Of a stretch of 64,000 bases of DNA, positions 18,906 through 32,150 are shown one piece after another. The stretch comes from Gammaproteobacteria bacterium (GTDB lineage: Bacteria > Pseudomonadota > Gammaproteobacteria > JAADGQ01): positions 135,888 through 199,887 of the forward strand of contig JAKITI010000002.1 in assembly GCA_021648145.1 (NCBI GenBank), given 5' to 3'. Position 1 is the first letter of the stretch, and each line of letters opens with the position of its first letter. Under the pieces are notes generated by a model. That model did not search any database and was not told where the DNA came from. It worked only from the letters and a program-made list of their open reading frames with translations. The translations under genes were made by a program, and so were the position numbers.

Positions 18906-19024
18906 AACATTGGGTTTGTATACTAAAGGTTGCAGAGCGTGAGCGGCGACAGTAGAATCGGCGGCTGGTTTTTGACTTCTATTTGTTTATAATTGGCATC
19001 ATACATAATATCGGAGATGATTTA

Positions 19025-20239
19025 ATGGCTTGGAATACACCGGGGGATTCCGGAAATAAAGACCCGTGGAGCGGCGGGGGTAATAAAAAAAATGGACAAG
19101 GTCCTCCCGATCTGGATGAGGTGGTTCGTCAGCTTCAGAATAAAGTGACTGATATTTTTGGTGGCAAAAAAAACAGTGGCAAAGATGGTGGTGGTCAAAT
19201 GAATGGCCCAAGCCCTAAAGCTATTGGCTTGCTTGCACTCGTTGCACTCATTATCTGGGGATTGACCGGTATTTATATTGTTGATCCTGCTGAGCGTGGT
19301 GTAGTACTACGTTTTGGTCAGTATGTTGATACAACAATGCCTGGGCCACATTGGCATTTGCCTTACCCGATTGAAACAGTCACTAAAGTTGATGTGGATC
19401 AAGTGCGTACAATTGAAGTGGGATATCGTACCGCAGGTACAACAACAGCTGCAGTACCGCGTGAAGCATTGATGTTGACTGAGGATGAAAATATTGTTGA
19501 TATTGAAGTTGCCATCCAATACAAAGTAAAAAGTGCGCAGGATTATCTCTTTAATGTACGTGACCCTGATCTTACGTTGGGGCAAGCGACAGAGAGTGCG
19601 ATACGTGAAATAATTGGTAAGTCGACAATGGATTTCGTGTTGACAGAAGGGCGTAGTCAGGTTGCAGCAGATACTGAGGTATTGATTCAAATAATTCTGG
19701 ATCGCTACCAAAGTGGCTTGATTGTGGTCAGTGTCAATATGCAAGATGCGCAGCCACCAGAGCAAGTGCAAGATGCTTTTCATGATGCGGTGAAAGCGCG
19801 TGAAGATGAACAGCGTTTGAAAAATATAGCTCAGGCATACTCTAATGATATTTTACCTAAAGCTCGAGGAAATGCTGCACGCCAGCTTGAAGAAGCTAAC
19901 GCTTATAAAGCAAGAGTGGTTGCTGAGTCGGAAGGTCGAGTGGCTCGTTTTGACAGTGTTTTAGCTGAATATAAAAAAGCACCTAAAGTTACGCGTGAGC
20001 GTCTCTACCTTGATTCATTGGAGTCTGTGCTTGCGAATAGCAGTAAAGTGATGATTGATGTTAACGGTGGTAATAATCTAATGTATCTACCTCTGGATAA
20101 AATGATGGGTGGCAGTGGTGTAAGCTCATCATCGTTAGCTCCTGCAGCCGTGGGTTCTTTGTTGCAGTCAGCAGGGGAGCAAGGTCAAGCAAGCAATAAC
20201 CGAAATAGAGAAGATTTCCGCAGTAGGGAGAGACAATAA
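19025..20239 (+). CDS. hflK: FtsH protease modulator HflK (SPFH/band-7)
   Basis: MAWNTPGDSGNKDPW...; SPFH domain; strong SD GGAGATG before the ATG at 19025. Confidence 0.9.
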   Translation: MAWNTPGDSGNKDPWSGGGNKKNGQGPPDLDEVVRQLQNKVTDIFGGKKNSGKDGGGQMNGPSPKAIGLLALVALIIWGLTGIYIVDPAERGVVLRFGQYVDTTMPGPHWHLPYPIETVTKVDVDQVRTIEVGYRTAGTTTAAVPREALMLTEDENIVDIEVAIQYKVKSAQDYLFNVRDPDLTLGQATESAIREIIGKSTMDFVLTEGRSQVAADTEVLIQIILDRYQSGLIVVSVNMQDAQPPEQVQDAFHDAVKAREDEQRLKNIAQAYSNDILPKARGNAARQLEEANAYKARVVAESEGRVARFDSVLAEYKKAPKVTRERLYLDSLESVLANSSKVMIDVNGGNNLMYLPLDKMMGGSGVSSSSLAPAAVGSLLQSAGEQGQASNNRNREDFRSRERQ

Positions 20240-21102
20240 TGATTAAAGTGATAGGTGTTCTGATTGTTGTCGTTGGGCTCATTGCTTCATCCTGTGTGTT
20301 TACTGTTCAGCAATGGGAACTAGCTGTTAAATTTCAATTAGGGGAGATTGTTCGGACAGATTACGAGCCGGGTCTTCATTTTAAATTACCTTTTGTGAAT
20401 AATATTCGTAAGTTTGATGGACGGGTACTGACGCTTGATGCGGAAGCTGAGCGTTACCTGACCAAAGAAAAGAAAAATGTGATCGTTGACTCTTATGTGA
20501 AGTGGCGCATTGCTGATGTTGCAAAATTTTATACAGCGCTGAGTGGTGATGAATCGCTCGCTCTGTCTCGATTGTCTCAGGTTGTTAAAAATGGTTTGCG
20601 TGATGAGTTTGGTAAACGCACCATTCAGGAGGTCATCTCGGGTGAACGACAAGCCATTATGGCATCCATTACAAAGCTCTCGAATATCGCTGCAGAAGAT
20701 TTAGGTTTAAGTGTTGTCGATGTGCGTATTAAGCGTATTGATCTACCCAATGAAGTAAGCAAATCAGTTTACGATCGAATGGTCGCTGAGCGTTCAAGAG
20801 TTGCAAAAGATTTGCGTTCAAAAGGTGCAGAAGCGGCGATGCGAATTACAGCGGATGCGGATCGTCAACGGACGATTATTCTTGCCGAAGCCTATCGTGA
20901 TGCCGAGCGTATTCGTGGTGAAGGTGATGCTAAATCGGCTGAAATTTATGCAAATTCATATAAAAAAGATGCTGAATTTTACTCTTTTTACCGGAGTTTG
21001 ACTGCGTATGAAAAAACCTTCAATAGCAATCAAGACATTCTTGTGATTGAGCCTGATTCAGATTTTTTCAAATACTTTAATGATCCAAAGGGAAGTAAAT
21101 AG
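20239..21102 (+). CDS. hflC: FtsH protease modulator HflC (SPFH/band-7)
   Basis: Start overlaps the hflK stop; SPFH domain. Confidence 0.9.
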   Translation: MIKVIGVLIVVVGLIASSCVFTVQQWELAVKFQLGEIVRTDYEPGLHFKLPFVNNIRKFDGRVLTLDAEAERYLTKEKKNVIVDSYVKWRIADVAKFYTALSGDESLALSRLSQVVKNGLRDEFGKRTIQEVISGERQAIMASITKLSNIAAEDLGLSVVDVRIKRIDLPNEVSKSVYDRMVAERSRVAKDLRSKGAEAAMRITADADRQRTIILAEAYRDAERIRGEGDAKSAEIYANSYKKDAEFYSFYRSLTAYEKTFNSNQDILVIEPDSDFFKYFNDPKGSK

Positions 21103-21134
21103 CTAGCCAGCAATAAAACCATTGGGGCGCTCTA

Positions 21135-21320
21135 ATGTGGAATGATTTGCTAGCCGCATTAGCGCTGGTGCTTGTCATCGAAGGATTACTTCCTTTTTTA
21201 GCCCCTGGTGGTTTACGGCAGACTTGGAAAAGAATGGCAGAGATGGATGACCGATCGCTTCGGATTTCCGGGTTTGTTTGTATGACGGTAGGTTTGATCA
21301 TGCTGTATTTAGTGAGATAA
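21135..21320 (+). CDS. DUF2065 small membrane protein (YjeT-like)
   Basis: 61-aa two-TM protein in the conserved position after hflC. Confidence 0.6.
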   Translation: MWNDLLAALALVLVIEGLLPFLAPGGLRQTWKRMAEMDDRSLRISGFVCMTVGLIMLYLVR

Positions 21321-21340
21321 CCAGTAAAACGAGTCAAGAC

Positions 21341-23852
<2,512 letters not shown>

Positions 23853-23858
23853 TTTACT

Positions 23859-24365
23859 TTGCAGAGCCAATCACTAAATAGCCTGTCTGAACAGGTGGGT
23901 CATGCTTTGAAGGTACGTGGTATGTTACTCGCGACTGCAGAGTCTTGCTCTGGTGGCTGGATTGCTCAGACAGTCACCGCTATTTCTGGAAGTTCCGCTT
24001 GGTTTGACCGTGGTTTTATCACCTATTCTAATGCATCAAAACTCGAAATGTTGGGCGTAAAGCAATCGACACTTCAGCAATTTGGTGCAGTGAGTGAAGA
24101 GGTGGTGCGTGAAATGGCTGAAGGTGCTCTGCAAAATAGTGCAGCTCAATTCAGTGTTGCTGTCAGCGGAATTGCTGGGCCAACAGGAGCCACTGATGGA
24201 AAACTTGTCGGTACGGTTTGCTTTGCCTGGGCTCTAAAAAATTCATCAGTAAAAACAGAGCAACATCTGTTTTCAGGTGACCGTGAATCCGTGCGCTACC
24301 AAACGGTGGTTATGGCATTGAAAGGTGTTGTGGATATTTTAAAGGTGGTTGAGCGCCTAGGTTAG
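23859..24365 (+). CDS. pncC: nicotinamide-nucleotide amidohydrolase PncC (CinA C-terminal domain)
   Basis: LATAESCSGGWIAQTVTAISGSSAWFDRGFITYSN; conserved position upstream of recA. Confidence 0.85.
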   Translation: MQSQSLNSLSEQVGHALKVRGMLLATAESCSGGWIAQTVTAISGSSAWFDRGFITYSNASKLEMLGVKQSTLQQFGAVSEEVVREMAEGALQNSAAQFSVAVSGIAGPTGATDGKLVGTVCFAWALKNSSVKTEQHLFSGDRESVRYQTVVMALKGVVDILKVVERLG

Positions 24366-24449
24366 GCGCTTGAGCACTTTCGTGGGATAATCGCTGAAAT
24401 TTTAACGAAATGATGAAGTTCATCAAATAATTCAGGCTTGAGGAATACT

Positions 24450-25472
24450 ATGGACGACGCTAAACAAAAAGCGCTCAATATGGCGCTAAGTCAAATTGAT
24501 CGCCAGTTCGGTAAAGGCTCTGTCATGCGCATGGGTGATGCTAAAGTGACTGATATTGAAGCTGTTTCCACAGGTTCGTTAGGTCTTGATATTGCCCTGG
24601 GTATCGGTGGTTTGCCGCGTGGTCGTATTGTTGAAATCTATGGACCTGAATCATCAGGTAAAACAACGTTGACATTGCAGGTGATCGCAGAAGCACAGCG
24701 AGCAGGTGGAACGGCTGCATTTGTTGATGCAGAGCATGCGCTGGATCCTTTGTATGCTAAAAAAATTGGTGTGAATGTTGATGATCTGCTGATTTCACAA
24801 CCTGATACAGGTGAGCAAGCATTAGAAATTACCGATATGTTGGTGCGCTCGAGTGCTGTGGATATTATTGTTATCGACTCCGTAGCGGCGTTGACACCTA
24901 AAGCAGAGATTGAAGGTGATATGGGTGACTCCCATATGGGCTTGCAAGCACGTTTGATGTCTCAAGCACTGCGTAAACTCACTGCGAATATTAAACGTTC
25001 AAATACATTAGTTATTTTTATTAACCAGCTTCGTATGAAAATTGGCGTGATGTTTGGAAATCCTGAAACAACAACGGGTGGAAATGCACTTAAATTTTAT
25101 GCCTCGGTTCGTTTGGATATTCGTCGCACGGGTGCGATCAAAAAGGGCGATGAAATCATAGGTAATGAGACTCGTGTAAAAGTGCTCAAAAACAAAGTTG
25201 CCCCACCATTTAAACAAGCTGAATTTGATATTCTTTATGGTGAAGGTATCTCACGTGAGAGTGAAATTGTTGGTTTAGGGGTCAAACACGATTTTATCGA
25301 TAAGTCAGGTGCCTGGTATAGTTACAATGGCGAAAAAATTGGCCAGGGCAAAGAAAATGTACGAACTTACTTAAAAGAACACCCAGAAATTGCTCAGGAA
25401 ATTGAAGGTAAAATTCGTGAATTATTACTGCCAAAACCGGGCGATTCAATTGTAAGTAAGGATGAGTCATAA
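24450..25472 (+). CDS. recA: recombinase RecA
   Basis: [12 protein letters not shown]alker [11 protein letters not shown]1/L2 loops; SD GAGGA before ATG 24450. Confidence 0.97.
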   Translation: MDDAKQKALNMALSQIDRQFGKGSVMRMGDAKVTDIEAVSTGSLGLDIALGIGGLPRGRIVEIYGPESSGKTTLTLQVIAEAQRAGGTAAFVDAEHALDPLYAKKIGVNVDDLLISQPDTGEQALEITDMLVRSSAVDIIVIDSVAALTPKAEIEGDMGDSHMGLQARLMSQALRKLTANIKRSNTLVIFINQLRMKIGVMFGNPETTTGGNALKFYASVRLDIRRTGAIKKGDEIIGNETRVKVLKNKVAPPFKQAEFDILYGEGISRESEIVGLGVKHDFIDKSGAWYSYNGEKIGQGKENVRTYLKEHPEIAQEIEGKIRELLLPKPGDSIVSKDES

Positions 25473-25926
25473 GGAAAACAGTCAGCGTCAAAATATACGC
25501 CGTGTTGCAATAGATCTATTATCTCGGCGTGAACACTCATTGTTTGAGTTGAAACGAAAATTAGTGAGCCGTAGTTTTGATGTATCAGAGATTAGTGAGG
25601 TGTTGGCAGAACTTCGAGATGAAGGTTTGCAAAGCGATGCGCGCTTTAGTGAAGCTTATGTTTACTCCAGAACTCAAAAAGGCTATGGCCCATTAAGTAT
25701 TAGGGCTGATTTAAAGCAGCGTGGAATTGACGATGTATTACTCGAAGAGTTTTTAGACCTTCAATCTTCAGGGTGGAATCAACGAGTGATTGATGCTCAA
25801 AAAAAGCGTTTTGGCAGTATACCCCCTGAAAATTACAAAGATTACGCGAAACAAGTGCGCTTTTTACAATATCGTGGTTTTACTGCGGATCAAATAAAAA
25901 AAGCGCTTGGTGAGATTGATTTATAA
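25462..25926 (+). CDS. recX: RecA regulator RecX
   Basis: Overlaps the recA 3' end; helical-repeat RecX family (...[16 protein letters not shown]...). Confidence 0.88.
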   Translation: MSHKENSQRQNIRRVAIDLLSRREHSLFELKRKLVSRSFDVSEISEVLAELRDEGLQSDARFSEAYVYSRTQKGYGPLSIRADLKQRGIDDVLLEEFLDLQSSGWNQRVIDAQKKRFGSIPPENYKDYAKQVRFLQYRGFTADQIKKALGEIDL

Positions 25927-25940
25927 TAAATAGTGAAAAC

Positions 25941-28550
25941 ATGAAAACCAGTGCAGAGCTACGTACAGCATTTCTGAATTTTTTCAATAAACATGGCCAT
26001 GAAATTGTGCCCAGTGCCCCATTGGTTCCTGGCAATGATGCAACTTTGTTGTTTACTAATGCTGGAATGGTGCAGTTCAAAGAGATATTTTTAGGCCAGG
26101 AGTCATCAAGCTATAAACGAGCAACAACATCTCAACGTTGCGTTCGTGCGGGTGGCAAACATAATGACCTGGAAAATGTAGGTTATACAGCACGCCATCA
26201 TACCTTTTTTGAGATGTTGGGTAACTTTAGCTTTGGTGATTATTTTAAGCATGAAGCCATTCAATATGCGTGGCAATTTTTAACTGAAGAACTCAAAATT
26301 CCTGCTGAAAAGTTATGGGTCACGGTTTTTGATGAAGATGATGAAGCTGCAGATATCTGGTTAAAAGAGATCGGTGTTGATCCGCAGCGTCTGACACGTA
26401 TTGGCGCAAAAGATAACTTTTGGTCGATGGGTGATACCGGACCATGCGGCCCTTGCTCAGAAATATTTTATGATCATGGCTCTACTGTTGCGGGTGGCCC
26501 ACCCGGCTCGTCTGAAGAGGATGGCGACCGCTTTGTAGAGATCTGGAATCTGGTTTTCATGCAATATGATCGTGCGCAGGATGGAACGCTGACTCCACTG
26601 CCTAAACCTTCGGTGGATACAGGGATGGGTCTGGAGCGGCTGGCTGCGGTCATGCAGGAAGTTCACAGTAATTATGAAACGGATCTTTTTCAATATTTGA
26701 TTCGTGTTGTTGCAAAAATGGCAGGCACAGATAATTTGCAGCAAAGTTCACTTCGAGTGGTTGCCGACCATATCCGTGCTTGCTCTTTCCTGGTTGTTGA
26801 CGGCGTGATTCCATCCAATGAAGGTCGCGGTTATGTGCTCAGGCGTATTATTCGTCGTGCGGCAAGGCATGGTCATCAACTGGGGATTAATGGCCTTTTT
26901 TTTCACCAATTGGTTCGCTCTGTTGTGGATGTTATGGGCGATGCTTATCCTGAACTGGTTAAAGCACAAGCACAGGTTGAACGTGTTTTAAAAATGGAAG
27001 AGGAGCGCTTTGCTGAAACATTGGAGCAGGGTCTGAAACATCTGGAAAGTGATATTGCTTCACTCGGTGATAAAAAAGTCATTTCTGGAGAGAGTGTTTT
27101 CCGCCTCTATGATACTTACGGTTTTCCCGTCGATCTAACCGCAGACTTTGCGCGTGAACGTGGTTTGACGATTGATATGGATGCTTTCGACCAGGCCATG
27201 ACAGCACAACGTGAACGTGCGCGCGCAGGCGGACACTTCGGAGTGGACTATTCGCACCGTATTAAGGTCGATGTTGCCACTGAATTTACGGGTTATGACC
27301 GCTTAGAAGATGAATCAGAGGTTGTTGCATTATACCAAAATGGTGAACTTGTTGAACAACTTAATACGGGTGAATCAGGCGATATTATCTTGAAAAACAC
27401 TCCCTTCTATGGCGAGTCTGGAGGGCAAGCGGGTGAGTCAGGGCAGCTGATTGGTGAACATGTAGTTTTTGACGTAAAAGATACGCAAAAACAAGGAGCC
27501 CATACCTATATTCATCATGGCATAGCGTGTGATGGCGTGTTGCGAAAAGGGGATCCAATAAAAGCGGTTGTTAATTCGGAGCAACGTCAGGCTTCCGCAC
27601 TTAACCATACTGCAACTCACTTGTTACATGCAGCGCTTCGTCAAGTATTGGGTGAGCATGTCGCACAAAAAGGATCATTGGTTGATTCAAATCGTTTACG
27701 CTTTGATTTTTCTCATTTTGAAGCCGTCACAAATGAGCAGTTGCAAACCATTGAAACACTGGTTAATGCGCAGGTTCGTAACAATGATGCGGTGGTGACG
27801 GATGAAATGTCACCGGATGAAGCTGTAGCCAAAGGTGCTATGGCACTCTTTGGCGAAAAATATGGTAATTTAGTGCGTGTGGTTGGCGTGGGTGGCTTTT
27901 CTATTGAGCTATGTGGCGGTATTCATGTCAAACGTGCTGGAGAAATCGGGTTATTTAAAATCACTATGGAAACTGGAATTGCAGCGGGTGTGCGACGGAT
28001 TGAAGCAGTGACAGGAGTGACCGCATTAAACTGGATTCAGAAAAATGATTTTTGTTTGACGGTTGTTTCTGAAATGCTCAAAACAGGTCGAGATGAAGTA
28101 AAAGATAAAGTCAAACAGCTTCAAGAGCGTGTACGCAAGTTTGAAAAAGAGATTGAACAACTCAAAGGCAAGCTGGCCAGTAGTCAGGGTGATGAGTTAT
28201 CTAACCTTGCTGAAGATGTGCAAGGTATAAAAGTATTGAGTGTTTGTCTGGACGGTGCTGATGTGAAAACTTTACGTTCAACGCTTGATCAATTAAAAAA
28301 TAAGCTCGGGTCTTCAGTGATTGTTCTTGCTACAAAAACAGACTCTAAAGTGAGCATTGTTGCTGGCGTGAGCAAAGATAATACGGATCGTTTAAAAGCA
28401 GGTGAGGTCGTTAATATGGTGGCGCAGCAGGTGGGTGGCAAAGGCGGTGGCCGACCTGATATGGCACAAGCAGGAGGTAATAACCCTGCGGCATTGGATG
28501 GTGCATTGGCCTCTGTGCTTCCATGGGTGAAAGAGCGCCTTTCATCATGA
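25941..28550 (+). CDS. alaS: alanine--tRNA ligase
   Basis: [27 protein letters not shown]; editing-domain HxxxH...CGGTH; C-Ala domain. Confidence 0.97.
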   Translation: MKTSAELRTAFLNFFNKHGHEIVPSAPLVPGNDATLLFTNAGMVQFKEIFLGQESSSYKRATTSQRCVRAGGKHNDLENVGYTARHHTFFEMLGNFSFGDYFKHEAIQYAWQFLTEELKIPAEKLWVTVFDEDDEAADIWLKEIGVDPQRLTRIGAKDNFWSMGDTGPCGPCSEIFYDHGSTVAGGPPGSSEEDGDRFVEIWNLVFMQYDRAQDGTLTPLPKPSVDTGMGLERLAAVMQEVHSNYETDLFQYLIRVVAKMAGTDNLQQSSLRVVADHIRACSFLVVDGVIPSNEGRGYVLRRIIRRAARHGHQLGINGLFFHQLVRSVVDVMGDAYPELVKAQAQVERVLKMEEERFAETLEQGLKHLESDIASLGDKKVISGESVFRLYDTYGFPVDLTADFARERGLTIDMDAFDQAMTAQRERARAGGHFGVDYSHRIKVDVATEFTGYDRLEDESEVVALYQNGELVEQLNTGESGDIILKNTPFYGESGGQAGESGQLIGEHVVFDVKDTQKQGAHTYIHHGIACDGVLRKGDPIKAVVNSEQRQASALNHTATHLLHAALRQVLGEHVAQKGSLVDSNRLRFDFSHFEAVTNEQLQTIETLVNAQVRNNDAVVTDEMSPDEAVAKGAMALFGEKYGNLVRVVGVGGFSIELCGGIHVKRAGEIGLFKITMETGIAAGVRRIEAVTGVTALNWIQKNDFCLTVVSEMLKTGRDEVKDKVKQLQERVRKFEKEIEQLKGKLASSQGDELSNLAEDVQGIKVLSVCLDGADVKTLRSTLDQLKNKLGSSVIVLATKTDSKVSIVAGVSKDNTDRLKAGEVVNMVAQQVGGKGGGRPDMAQAGGNNPAALDGALASVLPWVKERLSS

Positions 28551-29755
28551 GTTTGATTGTACAAAAATATGGCGGAACTTCTTTAGGAAGTGCTGAGCGA
28601 ATTGCTCATGTGGCTAAAAAAGTCGCTGCGGAGCGTCAAAAAGGTCATCGTGTCGTGGTTGTTGTGTCTGCCATGAGTGGTGAAACAAATCGCTTGATGG
28701 CTTTGGCTCACTCTGTTAATCCAGAGCCAAACGTTCGTGAGCTGGATACACTGCTCTCAACAGGTGAGCAAGTGACCATCGCGCTGTTAAGTCTGGCATT
28801 GGAAAATATCGGTTGTCCCGCTAAGTCATACACAGGTGGTCAGGTCTGTATTCAAACAGACAGTCAGCATACCAAGGCGCGCATTCAAGATATTAATGTA
28901 TCAAAGATGCAGGATGATATCTCGGCAGGGCGAGTGGTTGTGGTCGCTGGCTTTCAAGGCGTAGATGAAAATGGCAACATTACAACACTGGGGCGTGGGG
29001 GGTCTGATACCACGGCTGTGGCTTTGGCTTATGCTTTAAAAGCAGACGAATGCCAGATTTATACAGATGTTGATGGTGTTTATACGACAGACCCTAGAGT
29101 GGTTCCCGAAGCACGTAAGTTGAATCAGCTCACTTATGAAGAGATGCTGGAAATGTCCAGTTTAGGTGCGAAGGTTCTACAAATACGTTCAGTTGAATTT
29201 GCCAGCAAATACAGTGTTCCGTTAAGGGTGCTCTCTTCGTTCGAAGAAGGTGAGGGGACTTTGATTACCAAAGAGGATAAAAGTGTGGAACAGGCATTAA
29301 TATCAGGTATTGCATTTAATCGAGATGAGGCTAAATTGACTATTCTGGGTGTGCCTGATCGGCCTGGCGTGGCTCACTATATTCTAGGCCCCGTTGCGAA
29401 AGCTGGCGTTGAAGTCGATATGATTGTCCAGAACATCGCAGAAGATACGACAACCGACTTTACTTTTACCGTACACAGAAATGATTACAAACGAGCTTTT
29501 GATGTCTTGAACTCGACTGCGAAAGAGCTGGGCGCAAGAGAAGTTAAAGGAGATGACAAAATTGTAAAAATTTCACTTGTGGGTGTCGGCATGCGTTCGC
29601 ATGCAGGCATTGCCAGCACGATGTTTGAAGCATTGGCTAACGATGGAATTAATATCCTAATGATTTCGACATCAGAAATTAAAATATCAGTCGTCGTTGA
29701 TGAAAAATATCTAGAGCTTGGGGTTCGAGCGTTACATTCAGCTTTCGATCTTTGA
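28547..29755 (+). CDS. lysC: aspartate kinase (alpha2-beta2 type, two ACT domains)
   Basis: [12 protein letters not shown]...[17 protein letters not shown] domains; ATGA overlap with the alaS stop. Confidence 0.93.
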   Translation: MSLIVQKYGGTSLGSAERIAHVAKKVAAERQKGHRVVVVVSAMSGETNRLMALAHSVNPEPNVRELDTLLSTGEQVTIALLSLALENIGCPAKSYTGGQVCIQTDSQHTKARIQDINVSKMQDDISAGRVVVVAGFQGVDENGNITTLGRGGSDTTAVALAYALKADECQIYTDVDGVYTTDPRVVPEARKLNQLTYEEMLEMSSLGAKVLQIRSVEFASKYSVPLRVLSSFEEGEGTLITKEDKSVEQALISGIAFNRDEAKLTILGVPDRPGVAHYILGPVAKAGVEVDMIVQNIAEDTTTDFTFTVHRNDYKRAFDVLNSTAKELGAREVKGDDKIVKISLVGVGMRSHAGIASTMFEALANDGINILMISTSEIKISVVVDEKYLELGVRALHSAFDL

Positions 29756-30010
29756 ATCTTTCATTTAATATATTGACAAGCTCCTAGTAAAAAAGGTCAA
29801 AAATATTTATATTGAGCCGTTATAGTAGTTCTGTAGTTGTATGGAAAGTTTGTACAATCAAAGAATAATCGTAATGGCCTTCTTTTTTTGTGATCGGACT
29901 ACAGTTTTTTATATTTTGGCCGATATAAGGTGCAGCGGTCTAAGCTGACTCTTATTTTATTAGCTTATGGCGCTTTAACTATAAAGTTTTTTAGAGCAAG
30001 GAGAAAAAAT

Positions 30011-30256
30011 ATGCTTATTCTTACTCGACGCGTCGGTGAAACGTTGATGATTGGTGACGATGTTACCGTGACCGTTCTGGGTGTTAAAGGTAATCAGGTT
30101 CGCATTGGGGTTAATGCTCCAAAAGAGATCAGCGTGCATCGCGAAGAGATTTATGAACGCATTCAAAAAGAAAAGCAGCTAAAAGAAGGACAGCTAAAAG
30201 AAGGACAGCTAAAAGAAGGACAGCTAAAAGAAGGACAGCTAAAAGAAGAGGGGTAG
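30011..30256 (+). CDS. csrA: carbon storage regulator CsrA with C-terminal (QLKEG)n extension
   Basis: [52 protein letters not shown] is canonical CsrA. Followed by [37 protein letters not shown] before ATG 30011. Confidence 0.9.
   Translation: MLILTRRVGETLMIGDDVTVTVLGVKGNQVRIGVNAPKEISVHREEIYERIQKEKQLKEGQLKEGQLKEGQLKEGQLKEEG
30176..30250 (+). repeat. five tandem in-frame copies of a 15-nt unit (CAGCTAAAAGAAGGA) at the csrA 3' end
   Basis: Four perfect copies then one variant (…GAAGAG), directly visible in the sequence; encodes (QLKEG)5. Confidence 0.9.
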
Positions 30257-30396
30257 ACACATATTTTTAGGGTACGCTGAATAGTTATAAAAATTTATTA
30301 AAAATAATTTTGCGTACTCAAACTATATTAGGTATTCTGTCACCGCTTTTGATTCAGCGGCTCTGAATAGCTGATCAAAGTGATATTTTAACAAAC

Positions 30397-30489
30397 GGAG
30401 AGATGGCCGAGAGGCTGAAGGCGCTCCCCTGCTAAGGGAGTATGGGGTTTATAGCCTCATCGAGGGTTCGAATCCCTCTCTCTCCGCCA
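30397..30489 (+). tRNA. tRNA-Ser (anticodon GCT)
   Basis: 93 nt: GGAGAGA acceptor, anticodon loop CTGCTAA, long variable arm, GGTTCGAATCC, CCA encoded. Conserved position after csrA (the serV equivalent). Confidence 0.9.
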
Positions 30490-30518
30490 TAAGCGAGTTT
30501 AATAAAGTCTATAGATAT

Positions 30519-30554
30519 AAAAAAGCCACAATCCTTTGGAGTGTGGCTTTTTTT
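30519..30554 (+). terminator. rho-independent terminator after tRNA-Ser(GCT)
   Basis: AGCCACAatcctttggagTGTGGCTTTTTTT. Confidence 0.6.
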
Positions 30555-30838
30555 ATATCCAAGGGTTTCTTAATAAGCAACCAAGTAACAGTTGTTTACC
30601 CCTATATCTGGTGGCAACACATCAAATTTTAGCACCCTTTCCGGAAACATTGCCCACTTTGAACATATGCAGCATAGATAGCTATACTTGATTAACAATG
30701 CCTAGAGATTATCCCCCATTTGAAAAATATTTAAACTCGCTTGAAGAGGTTGCGGAAGCTGAGTTGCTAACGGAGCTTTATGTGCCAATAAATTAAAATT
30801 AGTTCCTTAGGAACTGTTGTTGGACAAGGCTTATTTGG

Positions 30839-30880
30839 AAAAAAAACCGGATTGCTAGGATAGGAGGGAGCAATCCGGTT
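30839..30880 (-). terminator. orphan minus-strand intrinsic terminator-like hairpin in a non-coding region
   Basis: AACCGGATTGCT / AGCAATCCGGTT is a perfect 12-bp stem with a 12-nt loop, preceded on the plus strand by A8 (so U8 after the hairpin on the minus strand). No annotated minus-strand gene upstream of it. Confidence 0.4.
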
Positions 30881-31187
30881 CTGGGAATAATTCACGGCGC
30901 TTTAAGAGGGAGGGGGGATAAGCACCGCTACTTTAACCCAGATGTTTATGTTATCGGCGGTTATGGGCGAAAGTTGTGTGAGTCAATCTACATATTTCAT
31001 GAAGACACTGTAAGGTTTTGTTTTTAAGAAAAATATTTTTTGTATGATTTTATGCACCTTTCAGTATTGTTGGTAATAGTTGATATGATGTATTGTATAT
31101 AGCTAGCTCTACTATCAAGCCACAGCCAGTTATAAAAATTTGACGGAAAATATGATCACTGCTGGAGTGCGCTGGGAGATCTAATCA

Positions 31188-32030
31188 ATGTTTATAATAG
31201 GATTGGGCAAGCTGGGGAAGTGTCTTGCCAAACAAGCCTTGGCTTCAGGTGTGCAGGTGTCGGCACTGGTGCGACATGTGAGCGAATGTATTGGTGTCAC
31301 AATGATACTAGGTGATCTCGATTACCCAGAAACGTTAGTCGGACTGCCCTTAAAAAATAGAGAGCTCTACTATTTCGCTCCTCCCCCTAATGGTGGTGTA
31401 TGTGATACACGAATGCGTCATTGGTTGGTGAGTCTGGTGTCTGATAATTTTCCTGAAAAAATTGTTTATATCAGCACGACGGGTGTATACGGAGATTGTC
31501 AGGGGCGGTGGGTGAATGAAGAAGTTTCTCCAAAGCCTGGTACAGATCGGAGCCGACGCCGTCTGGATGCAGAGAATATGCTGCGTCAATGGGGCGTGAA
31601 AAATAGAGTGCCAGTCGTTGTATTGCGTGTGTCGGGTATTTATGGCGTGAATCGTCTGCCCGTTGAGTCACTTCGTAAGGGTCGTCCTGTTGTACGTTCC
31701 GAAGAAGCACCTTTTTCCAACCGTATTCATGAAGATGACCTGCTTCAGGTTTGTCTGGTAGCAATGAAGTACGGGCGGACTGGAGCAATTTATAACGTTT
31801 CAGATGGCCAGCAAACAACGATGACAGATTATTTTTTTGCTGTTGCCGATGCATTGGGTCTACCTCGTCCACCTGAGGTGAGTCATTGTGATGCAGAGTC
31901 ACAATTTTCCCCGGCAATGCGCTCTTATCTGCAAGAATCACGGAGAATTGATAACCGAAAAATGATCCATGAATTAAAGATTATACTGCGTTATCCTGAC
32001 TTGGTTCATGGGTTAGCTTGTTTTGATTGA
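31188..32030 (+). CDS. NAD(P)-binding Rossmann-fold protein (atypical SDR / NAD-dependent epimerase-dehydratase family)
   Basis: N-terminal IIGLGKLG (GxGxxG). ISTTGVYGD resembles the epimerase motif; the canonical YxxxK is not obvious. Confidence 0.65.
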   Translation: MFIIGLGKLGKCLAKQALASGVQVSALVRHVSECIGVTMILGDLDYPETLVGLPLKNRELYYFAPPPNGGVCDTRMRHWLVSLVSDNFPEKIVYISTTGVYGDCQGRWVNEEVSPKPGTDRSRRRLDAENMLRQWGVKNRVPVVVLRVSGIYGVNRLPVESLRKGRPVVRSEEAPFSNRIHEDDLLQVCLVAMKYGRTGAIYNVSDGQQTTMTDYFFAVADALGLPRPPEVSHCDAESQFSPAMRSYLQESRRIDNRKMIHELKIILRYPDLVHGLACFD

Positions 32031-32150
32031 GCATGATCATGTGGCCTTACTCTCAAAAATAGCCTTTTACCAACTGAATTTATTGCAAAAAGTAAAAGCC
32101 TGGGTATATCCTTGTTCCTTTATATCAGAAGTGTTTTAAGTGAGAGTGTG

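Noticed and set aside
24300-24449. Looked for a LexA/SOS box (CTGT-N8-ACAG) upstream of recA
   Set aside because: None seen in the 150 bp upstream. Absence by eye is weak evidence and the LexA motif may differ in this lineage, so no claim is made.
29930-30010. 27-codon N-terminal extension of csrA given by the ORF track
   Set aside because: Canonical CsrA begins MLILTRR, and a strong SD (AAGGAG) precedes that ATG. The extension has no SD and no conservation.
30698-30796. 32-codon ORF MPRDYPPFEKYLNSLEEVAEAELLTELYVPIN in the tRNA-Ser downstream spacer
   Set aside because: No RBS and too short to evaluate. It may be a gene fragment left by an old insertion, so it is mentioned only within the spacer finding.
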